Origin: an uncultured Mycoplasmatota bacterium
Lineage (GTDB): Bacteria; Bacillota_I; Bacilli_A; RF39; UBA660
Direction of reading: 5' to 3'
Assembly: GCA_948466395.1 (NCBI GenBank)
Contig: CAOKAG010000003.1
Location: 11,062 to 75,061, forward strand
DNA length: 64,000 nt
The notes beneath the pieces were generated by a model. That model was given only the letters and a program-made list of their open reading frames with translations, made no database searches and was not told where the DNA came from. Below are positions 9,202 through 18,668 of this stretch, piece by piece. The number at the start of each line of letters is the position of its first letter. The first letter of the stretch is position 1. A program made the translations under genes and the position numbers.

Positions 9202-10380
9202 ATGAACGAACTAAAATGCCCAAATTGCGGAACACTATTTGAAGTCAACGAAACACACTATGAATCGATAGCTAAACAAATAAAAAACAATGAGTTTTTA
9301 AAAGAAGTAGAGTTAAAAGAAAGAGAATTTCAAAAAGAAAAAGAAAGCGCTATAAAACTAACAGAAATAACTCTTGAAAAAAAGTATTTAGAAGAATTAA
9401 ATAAAAAGACCCTTGAAATGAATGACCTCGAAAATCAAATCAAACAAAATAAAACAGAAAATGAACTTCGCATAAAAAATACCCTTTTTGAAAAAGAAGA
9501 GGAAATAGCTCATTTAAATAACGAATTACAATTAAAAACGAATGAATACCTATTAAAAGAGAAAAATTTAAAGGAAAGTTATGAAGAAAAAATAAAAGAT
9601 AAAGAAGAGCAAATTGCCTATTATAAAGAATTTAAAGCCAAACAATCGACAAAAATGATTGGAGAATCATTAGAACTTCATTGTAGCAATGAATTTAACA
9701 AATTACGTCCTCTATTTAAAAACGCTTATTTTGAAAAAGACAATAACGTGAAAACAGGTTCCAAAGGAGATTTTATATATCGGGATTACGATGATGAAGG
9801 ATTAGAATTCGTCTCAATCATGTTTGAAATGAAAAACGAAGCCGATGAAACCAGTACCAAACATAAAAATGAAGATTTCTTAAAAGAATTAGACAAAGAC
9901 CGTAAAGAAAAGAAATGTGAATACGCGGTATTAGTTTCGCTTCTTGAAATTGAAAACGATTATTATAATAATGGAATTGTTGACGTTTCCCATAAATATG
10001 AAAAAATGTATGTCATTAGACCTCAATTTTTTATACCCTTAATTACGCTGATAAGAGGCTTAGCCATTCATGCCTTAGACTATAAAAAAGAATTGGAAAT
10101 CGTGAAAAATCAAAATTTAGATATTGCCCATTTTGAAGAAAACATGAATGCTTTTAAAGAAGGCTTTGGTCGAAACTATCGTTTAGCTAGTGATAAATTT
10201 AAAAAAGCCATTGAGGAAATCGACAAAACCATTGACCACTTACAGAAAACAAAAGAAGCCTTATTATCAAGTGAAAATAATCTTCGGTTAGCTAATAATA
10301 AAGCTGAAGACCTAAGCATTAAAAAATTAACACATAACAGTGAAACCATGAAAGAATTATTTGAAAAATTAAAACAATAA
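9202..10380 (+). CDS. DUF2130-like protein: N-terminal Zn-ribbon (CPNCG), long coiled coil, C-terminal RmuC-like PD-(D/E)xK nuclease domain
   Basis: 'MNELKCPNCGTLFEV', then ~130 aa of heptad-rich sequence, then 'GESLELHC...KGDFIYRDYDDEG...VSIMFEMKNE' giving a D...ExK pattern. Confidence 0.5.
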   Translation: MNELKCPNCGTLFEVNETHYESIAKQIKNNEFLKEVELKEREFQKEKESAIKLTEITLEKKYLEELNKKTLEMNDLENQIKQNKTENELRIKNTLFEKEEEIAHLNNELQLKTNEYLLKEKNLKESYEEKIKDKEEQIAYYKEFKAKQSTKMIGESLELHCSNEFNKLRPLFKNAYFEKDNNVKTGSKGDFIYRDYDDEGLEFVSIMFEMKNEADETSTKHKNEDFLKELDKDRKEKKCEYAVLVSLLEIENDYYNNGIVDVSHKYEKMYVIRPQFFIPLITLIRGLAIHALDYKKELEIVKNQNLDIAHFEENMNAFKEGFGRNYRLASDKFKKAIEEIDKTIDHLQKTKEALLSSENNLRLANNKAEDLSIKKLTHNSETMKELFEKLKQ

Positions 10381-10414
10381 AAAATTCCGTTCGTAATAAA
10401 CGGAATTTTTTTAC
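10379..10414. terminator. Bidirectional rho-independent terminator between convergent genes
   Basis: aaaattccgtt-cgtaata-aacggaattttttt: a stem of 9 bp flanked by an A-run and a T-run. Confidence 0.6.
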
Positions 10415-11668
10415 TTAAGCTTGATTAGGAATAAATTCAAACAACTGATTTAAATCGCCAAAAAGTGACGCATTTTCAAGAATAAAACTTTGAAAAGTCT
10501 CATGACTCATAAATTTCTCAAGTAAAGCATTTAAATCTTCATTGATAAAGTCTTCAAGTTCAATAATCGGTGTTATCTTTTCTTTTGTAATGGTTCCTTC
10601 TGTTTGATAAGAAAAATCAATTTGAATTGATCCATGAAGGTCGTCATCCATTTCTAATAAAAACGAATAAACTTGATTCTCTATTTTTAACGAAACCGTT
10701 CCTGTTTTCGTTTGACCATCGTTCTTGATAAAATAGTGATAAGCCTTTTCATTCTCTTCAATAAGTTGAATTGAATCATTATTTTCTTTTAATTCAATAC
10801 CTAGAAAGTCGTGACTAAAAGGTTTGGTATAAATTGAAATAAAACTCGTTCCTGAATAATCTTTAATAAAATCATCCACATTAAACTCATTTAATGACGT
10901 TCTAAAATCATTTTCATCCATTTGAATAAGGCGACTCATACTTTTTATAAAATCTTCATTCTTCATTTTTTCCATAAGAACTAATAGAATAGCTTTAGTA
11001 TTTTTATCATCTAAAACCAAACTATTTTTATTCGCTGTAATCGTTTTTCCTTGATAAGGAATTTTTTCAGTTTCTACTTTAAAATAGTCTTTCTTTAAAG
11101 CCTGTAATAAAGCTTCTTCCAACGTATTTAACACAATCTCTAAATCACTTTTATAATTTTTTAAACCCTCAAGATTGAATGTGTCCATTTGTTCTTCCAT
11201 AGGAACATGAATGTATTGGTCATAGAAATTTTTTAACTGAATGTAAGCTTCTTTGTTTTCCATATACAGAAGAAAACGAATCAAATCTTTACCATTATAG
11301 TTTATGCCAAATGCTCCATCTAGCGCTTTCTTATCAAAGTCATAAGCGTATTGATAATCAAAATCCATTTTGTTCAACACATTTAAAAACGTCTCTAATT
11401 CACTATTTTGACTATGAAGATTGGTTTTAATGTTAAATTGACTTCCAAAAAAGGTAAAATCCTCTGGAGTACTTTGAGATTGTTTTAGTAGTAAAGCTTT
11501 AGATTCTTTTAGAACCGTATCAAATACTTTTTCAGGGTCACCTTTCTTAAACTTGAATGCAACTAGACCAACGAGTAACGTAGCCATAAAAAGAAACCCG
11601 AAGGTAAAGAAAAGGACTTTTTTCTTAGAATGAGCAAGTTCATTCCCTTGTTCCATTTTATTATCCAT
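10415..11668 (-). CDS. Membrane-anchored hypothetical protein (single N-terminal TM, ~370-aa extracytoplasmic domain)
   Basis: 417-aa ORF. The TM segment 'VLFFTFGFLFMATLLVGLVAF' follows a charged N-terminus. Confidence 0.45.
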   Translation of the reverse strand: MDNKMEQGNELAHSKKKVLFFTFGFLFMATLLVGLVAFKFKKGDPEKVFDTVLKESKALLLKQSQSTPEDFTFFGSQFNIKTNLHSQNSELETFLNVLNKMDFDYQYAYDFDKKALDGAFGINYNGKDLIRFLLYMENKEAYIQLKNFYDQYIHVPMEEQMDTFNLEGLKNYKSDLEIVLNTLEEALLQALKKDYFKVETEKIPYQGKTITANKNSLVLDDKNTKAILLVLMEKMKNEDFIKSMSRLIQMDENDFRTSLNEFNVDDFIKDYSGTSFISIYTKPFSHDFLGIELKENNDSIQLIEENEKAYHYFIKNDGQTKTGTVSLKIENQVYSFLLEMDDDLHGSIQIDFSYQTEGTITKEKITPIIELEDFINEDLNALLEKFMSHETFQSFILENASLFGDLNQLFEFIPNQA

Positions 11669-11803
11669 AAACTCAACTCCTTAATATACTTGGATATATT
11701 ACTATCATAGCATAAATAAAGAAAAATTTTCGTTATTTCATTAAATTTTTTCTAAAAAATGTTTTTAATCTCAAATTTTGTTATAATGAAAAAGGTGATG
11801 ACA

Positions 11804-13978
11804 ATGTTTGTAGAAGTTCTTCTAGAATTAAAAAACAAAAAAACAGACCAAACCTTTACTTATGAAGTGCCTAAAGAATTAGAAAAAGAAGTGACCATTG
11901 GCAAAAGAGTAGAAATTCCTTTTAATAAAAGAACATTAGAAGGATTTATTTTAGCTTTTAATCCAAACCCTCAAAAAGAATACACCATTCAAAAAATTAC
12001 GAAAATAATAGACGAAGAAGTTGTTTTAAATGAAGAATTAATAACCCTTGCTAAATACATAAAAGACAGCTGTCTAACGTCTTTATCTAGTGCGATAAGT
12101 GTCATGCTTCCTACCGCTCTAAAAGCAAGCATTAAAACGAGTGTAAATAAAAAATACCAAACTTTATTAAAGATAGAAAAAAAAGAGGCAAGCCATTTAA
12201 TTAAAACTAAATCTCAACAAGAAATTATAGAATACATAAAAAGTACCCCTAAACCTTTAAAAAAAGAAGCCAACTTACTATCGGCTTCGAGTGTTAAAAC
12301 GCTTTTAAAAAAAGGAATAATTAGTGAATACGAAGAAGAAATTTACCGCTTAGATGAACTAAGTGTTCTAAACGACTCGAAAAAAAAATTAAATGAAGAA
12401 CAACAAATTGTTTTTGACACATTAAAAGAAAATTTAAACACCAATAAAAAATTTTTACTTCATGGGGTCACTGGTTCTGGAAAAACCGAAATCTATATGC
12501 AAATCATAGAAGAAGTTTTAAAAAGAAAACAAACGGGTTTGATCCTTGTTCCTGAAATTAGTCTAACCCCTCAATTCATCAGAAACTTTAAAGCGCGTTT
12601 TGATCATATTGCTGTTTTACATAGTGGCCTATCAGATGGCGAAAAATATGATGAATGGCGTAAAATTATTAGAAACGAAGTAAAAATTGTGATAGGGGCA
12701 CGAAGTGCTATCTTTGCTCCATTAAAAAACTTAGGCCTAATTATTGTTGATGAAGAACACTCCGATTCCTATAAACAAGAAAACAACCCAAGATACAACG
12801 CCATTGACATTGCGGAATGGAAAAGCGATTATCATAACATTCCCTTAGTATTAGGAAGTGCAACGCCCACTCTAGAAAAAATGGCAAGAGCCTCTAAAAA
12901 TCGATATCATCTCTTAAAACTAAACCATCGAGTAAATAAAGGGCCACTCCCTACTTGTGAAATTGTGGATATGGCAAGGGAAATAAAAAAGGGGAATCAT
13001 TACTTTAGTGAAGCTTTAAAAACCGAAATTGAAGCCGCTATCAGTCGAAATGAACAAATCATTCTTCTTTTAAATCGTAGGGGGTTTTCTACAACCATTA
13101 CTTGTGGAAACTGTGGTTTTACTTATAAATGCCCACACTGTGATATCACTTTAACATATCATAAGACAAGTAACGCTTTAAGATGCCATTATTGTGGATA
13201 CAAAATACTAAAAAAAGAAAGGTGCCCGAATTGCAAAGAAACACTTGATTTTTATGGAGTAGGGACAGAAAAAGTGGAAGAACTTTTAAATAAAGAATTT
13301 GAAGGAATTCGAGTGCTTAGAATGGATACAGACACCACACGACGTAAAAACAGTTACGATGAAATGATTCAGGCGTTTAAAAAACATGAATACGATATTT
13401 TATTAGGAACTCAAATGGTAAGTAAAGGTCATGACTTTCCTTTGGTCTCAGTAGTAGGGATATTGAATGCGGATACGACCTTAAACTTACCAGACTTTAG
13501 AAGTGGTGAAAGAACCTTTGATTTACTTTATCAAGCATCGGGGCGTGCAGGAAGAAAAGATACGTTAGGAACGGTCGTCTTACAAACCTTTAATAAAGAT
13601 AACTTTATTTTGAAGTGTGTAGCTGAACAAGATTACGATAAATTTTATAATTATGAAATGAACATTCGAAAAAAACTAAAATACCCTCCATATTATTTTT
13701 TAGTTAGTCTTAAAATAACCAGTAAATCGTATGAAGAAGCAAGCAAAGAATCCATAAATACCGCCAATTTTTTAAGAAAAAATTTAAGTGACTTAACGAT
13801 TATTTTAGGACCCACCACCGCAAACATCTTTAAAGTAAATAACATCTATCGCTTTAATATTGTTATTAAATATCGGTTTGATGAAAAATTAAAACCCACT
13901 TTAAAAGAACTAGACAAACTATTTATTTTAAACAATAAAGTGAACTTAGAAATCGATTTTAATCCATTAAATATCTAA
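11804..13978 (+). CDS. priA: Primosomal protein N' (replication restart helicase PriA)
   Basis: Walker A 'GVTGSGKTE', DEEH box, and the Cys4-Cys4 zinc module 'CGNCGF...CPHCD...CHYCG...CPNC'. The start was chosen at the ATG after RBS AAAGGTGA. Confidence 0.9.
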   Translation: MFVEVLLELKNKKTDQTFTYEVPKELEKEVTIGKRVEIPFNKRTLEGFILAFNPNPQKEYTIQKITKIIDEEVVLNEELITLAKYIKDSCLTSLSSAISVMLPTALKASIKTSVNKKYQTLLKIEKKEASHLIKTKSQQEIIEYIKSTPKPLKKEANLLSASSVKTLLKKGIISEYEEEIYRLDELSVLNDSKKKLNEEQQIVFDTLKENLNTNKKFLLHGVTGSGKTEIYMQIIEEVLKRKQTGLILVPEISLTPQFIRNFKARFDHIAVLHSGLSDGEKYDEWRKIIRNEVKIVIGARSAIFAPLKNLGLIIVDEEHSDSYKQENNPRYNAIDIAEWKSDYHNIPLVLGSATPTLEKMARASKNRYHLLKLNHRVNKGPLPTCEIVDMAREIKKGNHYFSEALKTEIEAAISRNEQIILLLNRRGFSTTITCGNCGFTYKCPHCDITLTYHKTSNALRCHYCGYKILKKERCPNCKETLDFYGVGTEKVEELLNKEFEGIRVLRMDTDTTRRKNSYDEMIQAFKKHEYDILLGTQMVSKGHDFPLVSVVGILNADTTLNLPDFRSGERTFDLLYQASGRAGRKDTLGTVVLQTFNKDNFILKCVAEQDYDKFYNYEMNIRKKLKYPPYYFLVSLKITSKSYEEASKESINTANFLRKNLSDLTIILGPTTANIFKVNNIYRFNIVIKYRFDEKLKPTLKELDKLFILNNKVNLEIDFNPLNI

Positions 13979-14084
13979 AATGATCAAGATTCAATTATAA
14001 AACCAAAAAGAGAATGGACTAAAATAAGGATATAAAAAGATAAACTGTACTTTTTCTTTTTTTTTGGTAAAATTTTATTAGGTG

Positions 14085-15035
14085 ATGATTTTGAAAAATA
14101 TAAAAGTAATATTTATGGGAACCCCTGACTTTGCCGTTCCTATTTTAAAAGAATTAATAGATAAAACAGAAGTGGTTCTAGTAGTAACCCAGCCTGATAA
14201 ATTAGTAGGAAGAAAACAAATACTAACACCATCTCCTATTAAAAAATTAGCTTTAGAAAAGAAGATACCTCTATTTCAACCTAATAAAATTAGAGAAGAA
14301 TACGATATGATTTTAAATACAGAAGCAGATATTATTATTACTTGTGCTTATGGTCAAATTATTCCAAAATCTATATTGGATTACCCAAAATTAGGGTGTA
14401 TTAATGTGCATGCCTCTCTTCTTCCAAAATACCGAGGAGGAGCTCCAATTCATTGGTGTTTAATAAATGGGGACGAAAAAACTGGTATCACGATTATGTA
14501 TATGGCTGAAAAAATGGACAATGGCGACATCATTACTCAGAAAGATTATAAAATAGAACCAAGTGATAATGTGGGAACGCTTCATGAAAAATTAAGTGAA
14601 ATAGGAGCTCAACTGCTCATTCAAACTTTACCGAGTATTATAAATGGAACGAATCAAAAAATTGCTCAAGAAGAAAGCAATGTTACATACGCTTATAATA
14701 TTAAAAGAGAAGAAGAGCGCTTAGATTTTAAAAAAACAGGAAAAGAAATAATAAATCAAATTCGAGGCTTAAATCCATGGCCTTTAGCCAATTTTCTTTT
14801 AGAAAATCAAGAATATAAAGTTCTAGAAGCACGATTTTTAAAAAAAGAACACAAAGAAGAAATAGGAAAAATAATTGAAATCACTAAACAAAATTTTGGT
14901 ATCACATGTCAAGATGGGATTCTTTATATAGAAAAAATAAAACCTTTTGGTAAAAAAGAAATGGTAATTAAAGACTATTTAAACGGAATAAATAAAGAAG
15001 AAATAATAAATAAAGTTGTAAATAAAGAGGATTAA
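14085..15035 (+). CDS. fmt: Methionyl-tRNA formyltransferase
   Basis: 'IFMGTPDFAVPIL', 'VVTQPDK', and 'HASLLPKYRGGAPIHW'. Exact start ambiguous among GTG 14082, ATG 14085 and TTG 14091. Confidence 0.9.
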   Translation: MILKNIKVIFMGTPDFAVPILKELIDKTEVVLVVTQPDKLVGRKQILTPSPIKKLALEKKIPLFQPNKIREEYDMILNTEADIIITCAYGQIIPKSILDYPKLGCINVHASLLPKYRGGAPIHWCLINGDEKTGITIMYMAEKMDNGDIITQKDYKIEPSDNVGTLHEKLSEIGAQLLIQTLPSIINGTNQKIAQEESNVTYAYNIKREEERLDFKKTGKEIINQIRGLNPWPLANFLLENQEYKVLEARFLKKEHKEEIGKIIEITKQNFGITCQDGILYIEKIKPFGKKEMVIKDYLNGINKEEIINKVVNKED

Positions 15036-15048
15036 TAGGTACGCTGAA

Positions 15049-15489
15049 GTGATAAAGAATATAGAAAATCAATTACCTGAAGAAATAGACATTCTTAAAG
15101 GTAAAAAACTACACTTAGGCATTTTTACGGAACCTTTTCTAAACTTTATGTTAGAAGGAAAGAAAACGATAGAATCAAGATTCACCAAAAATAAAATCAT
15201 ACCTTACAATAAAATAGAAAAAGAAGACATTGTTTTTGTAAAAAAATCAAGTGGGCCCATTATGGCCTATTTTAAAGTAAAAGAAGTTTTATTTTTCAAT
15301 TTAAAGGAAACACCCATTGAAAAAATAGAAGAAAAATATAGTGAACAACTTTGCGTAAATAAAACTTTTTGGGAATAAAAAAAAGAAAGCCGTTACGCTA
15401 CTTTAATTTTTATTGATAAACTTGTAAAATTAAAGCCTTTTTCCATTCATAAAAAAGGAATGCAGACATGGCTTATATTAGTGAAATAA
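15049..15489 (+). pseudogene. ASCH-domain protein gene interrupted by an in-frame TAA at 15376-15378 (109 + 36 codons)
   Basis: 'EGKKTIESRF' matches the ASCH/PUA-like motif. The same frame continues after the TAA as 'KKESRYATLIFIDKLVKLKPFSIHKKGMQTWLILVK*', restoring a typical ~146-aa ASCH length. Confidence 0.4.
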
Positions 15490-15529
15490 GGTTGAAATAA
15501 AAACTGTTACGGATTGGAGAATTTAGAAA

Positions 15530-16084
15530 ATGAAAAAGAATTATTTGTTAGTACATGGAAGTTTTGGCAGTCCATATTCAAATTGGATTCCATATTTAAG
15601 AAAAGAAATCGAAAATAAAAATTTAGAAGTTTATACCCCAGACTTTCCAACAGGAGTAGGAAAACAAAATTATGAGAATTGGTCAAAACTATTAAAAACG
15701 TACGTAGAAGCAAAGGTATTAAATGAAAAGAAAATAATAATAGCCCATTCCATTGCTCCAATCTTTATCTGTAAATTTTTAGTAGAAAATAAAATAAAAG
15801 TAAAGCGATTAGTTTTTGTTTGTGGTTTCAATAATTATCTGGGAATCGATAAAGAATACGATACAGTAAATGAAAGCATGTATTTTGATAATCTTAACGA
15901 GATAAAAAATTATTGTGATGACATCGTTTGTTTTTATTCTGATAATGACCCTTACGTAAAATATGAAGCCGAAAAAAAATTTGCGGACACAATAACTAAA
16001 AATCAAATTTTGATTAGGGGGGGAGGTCATCTAAATTCAGAAAGTGGGTATACAGAATTTCCTGAATTACTAAAATATTTATAA
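15530..16084 (+). CDS. Alpha/beta serine hydrolase of the YdeN/RBBP9 family
   Basis: 'LLVHGSFGSPYSNWIPYL' N-terminus, nucleophile elbow 'IIIAHSIAP', and an Asp/His-bearing C-terminus. Confidence 0.45.
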   Translation: MKKNYLLVHGSFGSPYSNWIPYLRKEIENKNLEVYTPDFPTGVGKQNYENWSKLLKTYVEAKVLNEKKIIIAHSIAPIFICKFLVENKIKVKRLVFVCGFNNYLGIDKEYDTVNESMYFDNLNEIKNYCDDIVCFYSDNDPYVKYEAEKKFADTITKNQILIRGGGHLNSESGYTEFPELLKYL

Positions 16085-16219
16085 TTAAAAAAGAACCTTA
16101 ATATTTTAATGATAAATTAATAAAAAAGTAGCAAAAGTTATTACTCATACAACAAAGATATCTTTGGAAGAACTAAAGTACAATTATATTGAATTAAAGC
16201 AAGAAAAGGAGAGGTTAAT

Positions 16220-16648
16220 ATGAAATTAAGTTGTATTTATATAGAAACTGATAAATTTAATGAAGTTGTGGACTTTTATGAAAAAGTGTTTCAAATTAAA
16301 GGTCATGTTTATACAAAAAATAGATGGGTAGAATTTGATTTTGGAAATAAATTATCTATTTATAATTGTCAATATGATATCGAAACGATCAAAGAAAATA
16401 CTAATAATTATAGTCAATCTTTTATAGAAAACTTCAAACAAAGTAAAGAAAAAGCTGTAAATAATATTATTACACTTAATTTTTATTCCAATAACTTGAA
16501 AAGTGATTATGAAAGAATTAAAACATTAAAAATAAGTGAAGTATCAGATATTATGTATGTCAATATAACTGAACCCTATTACTATTTCAATATATATGAC
16601 CCTGAAGGGAATGAGATAGAAATATGTGGAAATAAATTAGATGAATAA
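16220..16648 (+). CDS. VOC/glyoxalase-like small protein
   Basis: RBS AGGAGAGG. Ends with 'YDPEGNEIEI', typical of the VOC fold. Confidence 0.35.
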   Translation: MKLSCIYIETDKFNEVVDFYEKVFQIKGHVYTKNRWVEFDFGNKLSIYNCQYDIETIKENTNNYSQSFIENFKQSKEKAVNNIITLNFYSNNLKSDYERIKTLKISEVSDIMYVNITEPYYYFNIYDPEGNEIEICGNKLDE

Positions 16649-16807
16649 ATAGGAAAAATTATTACTAATCTAAAAGATACAAATAGATTATTTTATTTAA
16701 CTGTTATGTCATCTCATAATTATTTTTTCAAATCTCTACACCTTTAAATCATACAAGAAATTAATTCTATAAAATTTACTAATAATGAATATAGGAAATT
16801 GCAAAAG

Positions 16808-16829
16808 AAGACAAAAAAGTCTTTTTTTC
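16808..16829 (+). terminator. Rho-independent terminator
   Basis: aagac-aaaaaa-gtctt followed by T7. Confidence 0.45.
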
Positions 16830-16878
16830 TCTAATAGACGAAAAAAAAGAAATTTGATATACTAATAATGGTGAATTT

Positions 16879-17901
16879 ATGAATAATATTTATGGCTCGA
16901 CAAGAGAAGAATTGGAAAATTATTTTCTAACCAATGACGAAAAAAAATTTAAAGCCCTACAAGTCTTTGAATGGTTGTACCAAAAAAAAGAAAAGAATAT
17001 CGACCATTTTACCAATTTAAAAAAAGAACTTAGAGAGAAAATGAAATTAAATTTTTCTTTTTCCATGCCTAAAATTATTCGTATAGAAAAAGACACGTTA
17101 ACAAGAAAATATTTATTTGAATTAGAAGATAAAAACTACATTGAAAGCGTCATTATGTTTCATGATTATGGCATAAGTATTTGTGTATCCAGTCAAGTCG
17201 GCTGTAACATGGGGTGTCGTTTTTGTGAATCAGGAAGACTAAAAAAAGTAAGAAACTTAGAAACTTATGAAATCGTAAGTCAACTTCTTTTAATTGAAGA
17301 TGACTTAAAAATGCGTATTTCATCCGTTGTGATAATGGGAATAGGAGAGCCTTTAGACAATTATGAAAACATCATTAAATTTATTAAAATCATTAATGAT
17401 GCCAAAGGACTGGCTATAGGCATTCGTCATATCACACTCTCAACCAGTGGCTTAGTACCTAAAATTTATGATTTAATGCAAGAAGAATTAGGAATAAACC
17501 TTGCCATCTCTTTGCATGCTCCAAACGATGAAATTAGAAATCAAATCATGAAAGTAAACGAAGTGTATAATATAAGTCAATTACTTGACTCTGTAAGAGA
17601 CTATATTGCACATACCAATAGACGAGTAACCATAGAATATGTTATGCTTAAAGGGATAAATGATAATAAGACGTGTGCCATAGAACTCGCTGAAAAATTA
17701 AAAGGAATGAACATTTATGTGAATTTAATTCCCTATAATGAAACCAATCATTTAGAATTCAAGAAAAGTGACGTCAAAACCATAAGTGAGTTTTGCAAGA
17801 CTTTAAAAGAATTAAGCATCAATGTGACCATTCGTAAAGAATTTGGAAGCAAGATTTCAGCGGCATGCGGTCAACTTAGAAGCAAAGAGGTGGGCTTATG
17901 A
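16879..17901 (+). CDS. rlmN: 23S rRNA/tRNA adenine-C2 methyltransferase RlmN (radical SAM)
   Basis: Radical-SAM cluster motif 'CNMGCRFCESG' and the C-terminal 'ISAACGQL'. Confidence 0.9.
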   Translation: MNNIYGSTREELENYFLTNDEKKFKALQVFEWLYQKKEKNIDHFTNLKKELREKMKLNFSFSMPKIIRIEKDTLTRKYLFELEDKNYIESVIMFHDYGISICVSSQVGCNMGCRFCESGRLKKVRNLETYEIVSQLLLIEDDLKMRISSVVIMGIGEPLDNYENIIKFIKIINDAKGLAIGIRHITLSTSGLVPKIYDLMQEELGINLAISLHAPNDEIRNQIMKVNEVYNISQLLDSVRDYIAHTNRRVTIEYVMLKGINDNKTCAIELAEKLKGMNIYVNLIPYNETNHLEFKKSDVKTISEFCKTLKELSINVTIRKEFGSKISAACGQLRSKEVGL

Positions 17902-18668
17902 AAACATTTTATTTAACCGATGCTGGACGTGTCCGTAGCCATAACGAAGATTCTGTAACCATATTAAAAAACGCAAGCAACGAATATCTCCTTATGGTAG
18001 CAGATGGCATGGGAGGACATCGTGCTGGTGAAGTTGCATCGAGTCTAGCCGTTACCCACATGGGAAAACGATTCAGTCACATGGCTTCGATTGGTTCAAA
18101 ACTAGATGCCGTCAATTGGTTAAACGATAATGCCAGTGAAATCAATAATGAAATCATTGAATACGCAAAAGTCCATCCTGAAACCACAGGATTAGGAACC
18201 ACATTAGTTTTAGCCATCTTAACCAAAGAATACTTGATTTTTGGAAACATTGGGGATTCCACTGGTTTTGTTTTAAAAAATGGCCATCTTCATCAAGTTA
18301 CGAAACCTCATTCCCTAGTGAACTTACTTGTAGAAGCGGGTCAACTCACTGAAGAAGAAGCCAAATACCATCCCAAAAAAAATGTGCTGATGAAAGCATT
18401 AGGCGCCATGGAAAAAGTAGAACTGGATATATTTGATGTCGATTTAACAAGTGAAGCCATTTTACTATGTAGTGATGGTTTAACCAATATGCTCACAACC
18501 GAACAAATTGAAAAAGTATTAAACGATGAATCTTTAGAAATGGAAGAAAAAGTTATAAAATTAATTCGTAAAAGTAACGCACGAGGGGGACAAGACAACA
18601 TATCTGTGGCTTACTTAGTCATAAAGGAAAGTGGTGATACAAATGATAATGAAGGGGCAAAAGATTAG
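17898..18668 (+). CDS. stp: PP2C-family Ser/Thr protein phosphatase
   Basis: 'VADGMGGHRAGEVAS' and 'LCSDGLTNM'. Overlaps rlmN by 4 nt. Confidence 0.85.
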   Translation: MKTFYLTDAGRVRSHNEDSVTILKNASNEYLLMVADGMGGHRAGEVASSLAVTHMGKRFSHMASIGSKLDAVNWLNDNASEINNEIIEYAKVHPETTGLGTTLVLAILTKEYLIFGNIGDSTGFVLKNGHLHQVTKPHSLVNLLVEAGQLTEEEAKYHPKKNVLMKALGAMEKVELDIFDVDLTSEAILLCSDGLTNMLTTEQIEKVLNDESLEMEEKVIKLIRKSNARGGQDNISVAYLVIKESGDTNDNEGAKD

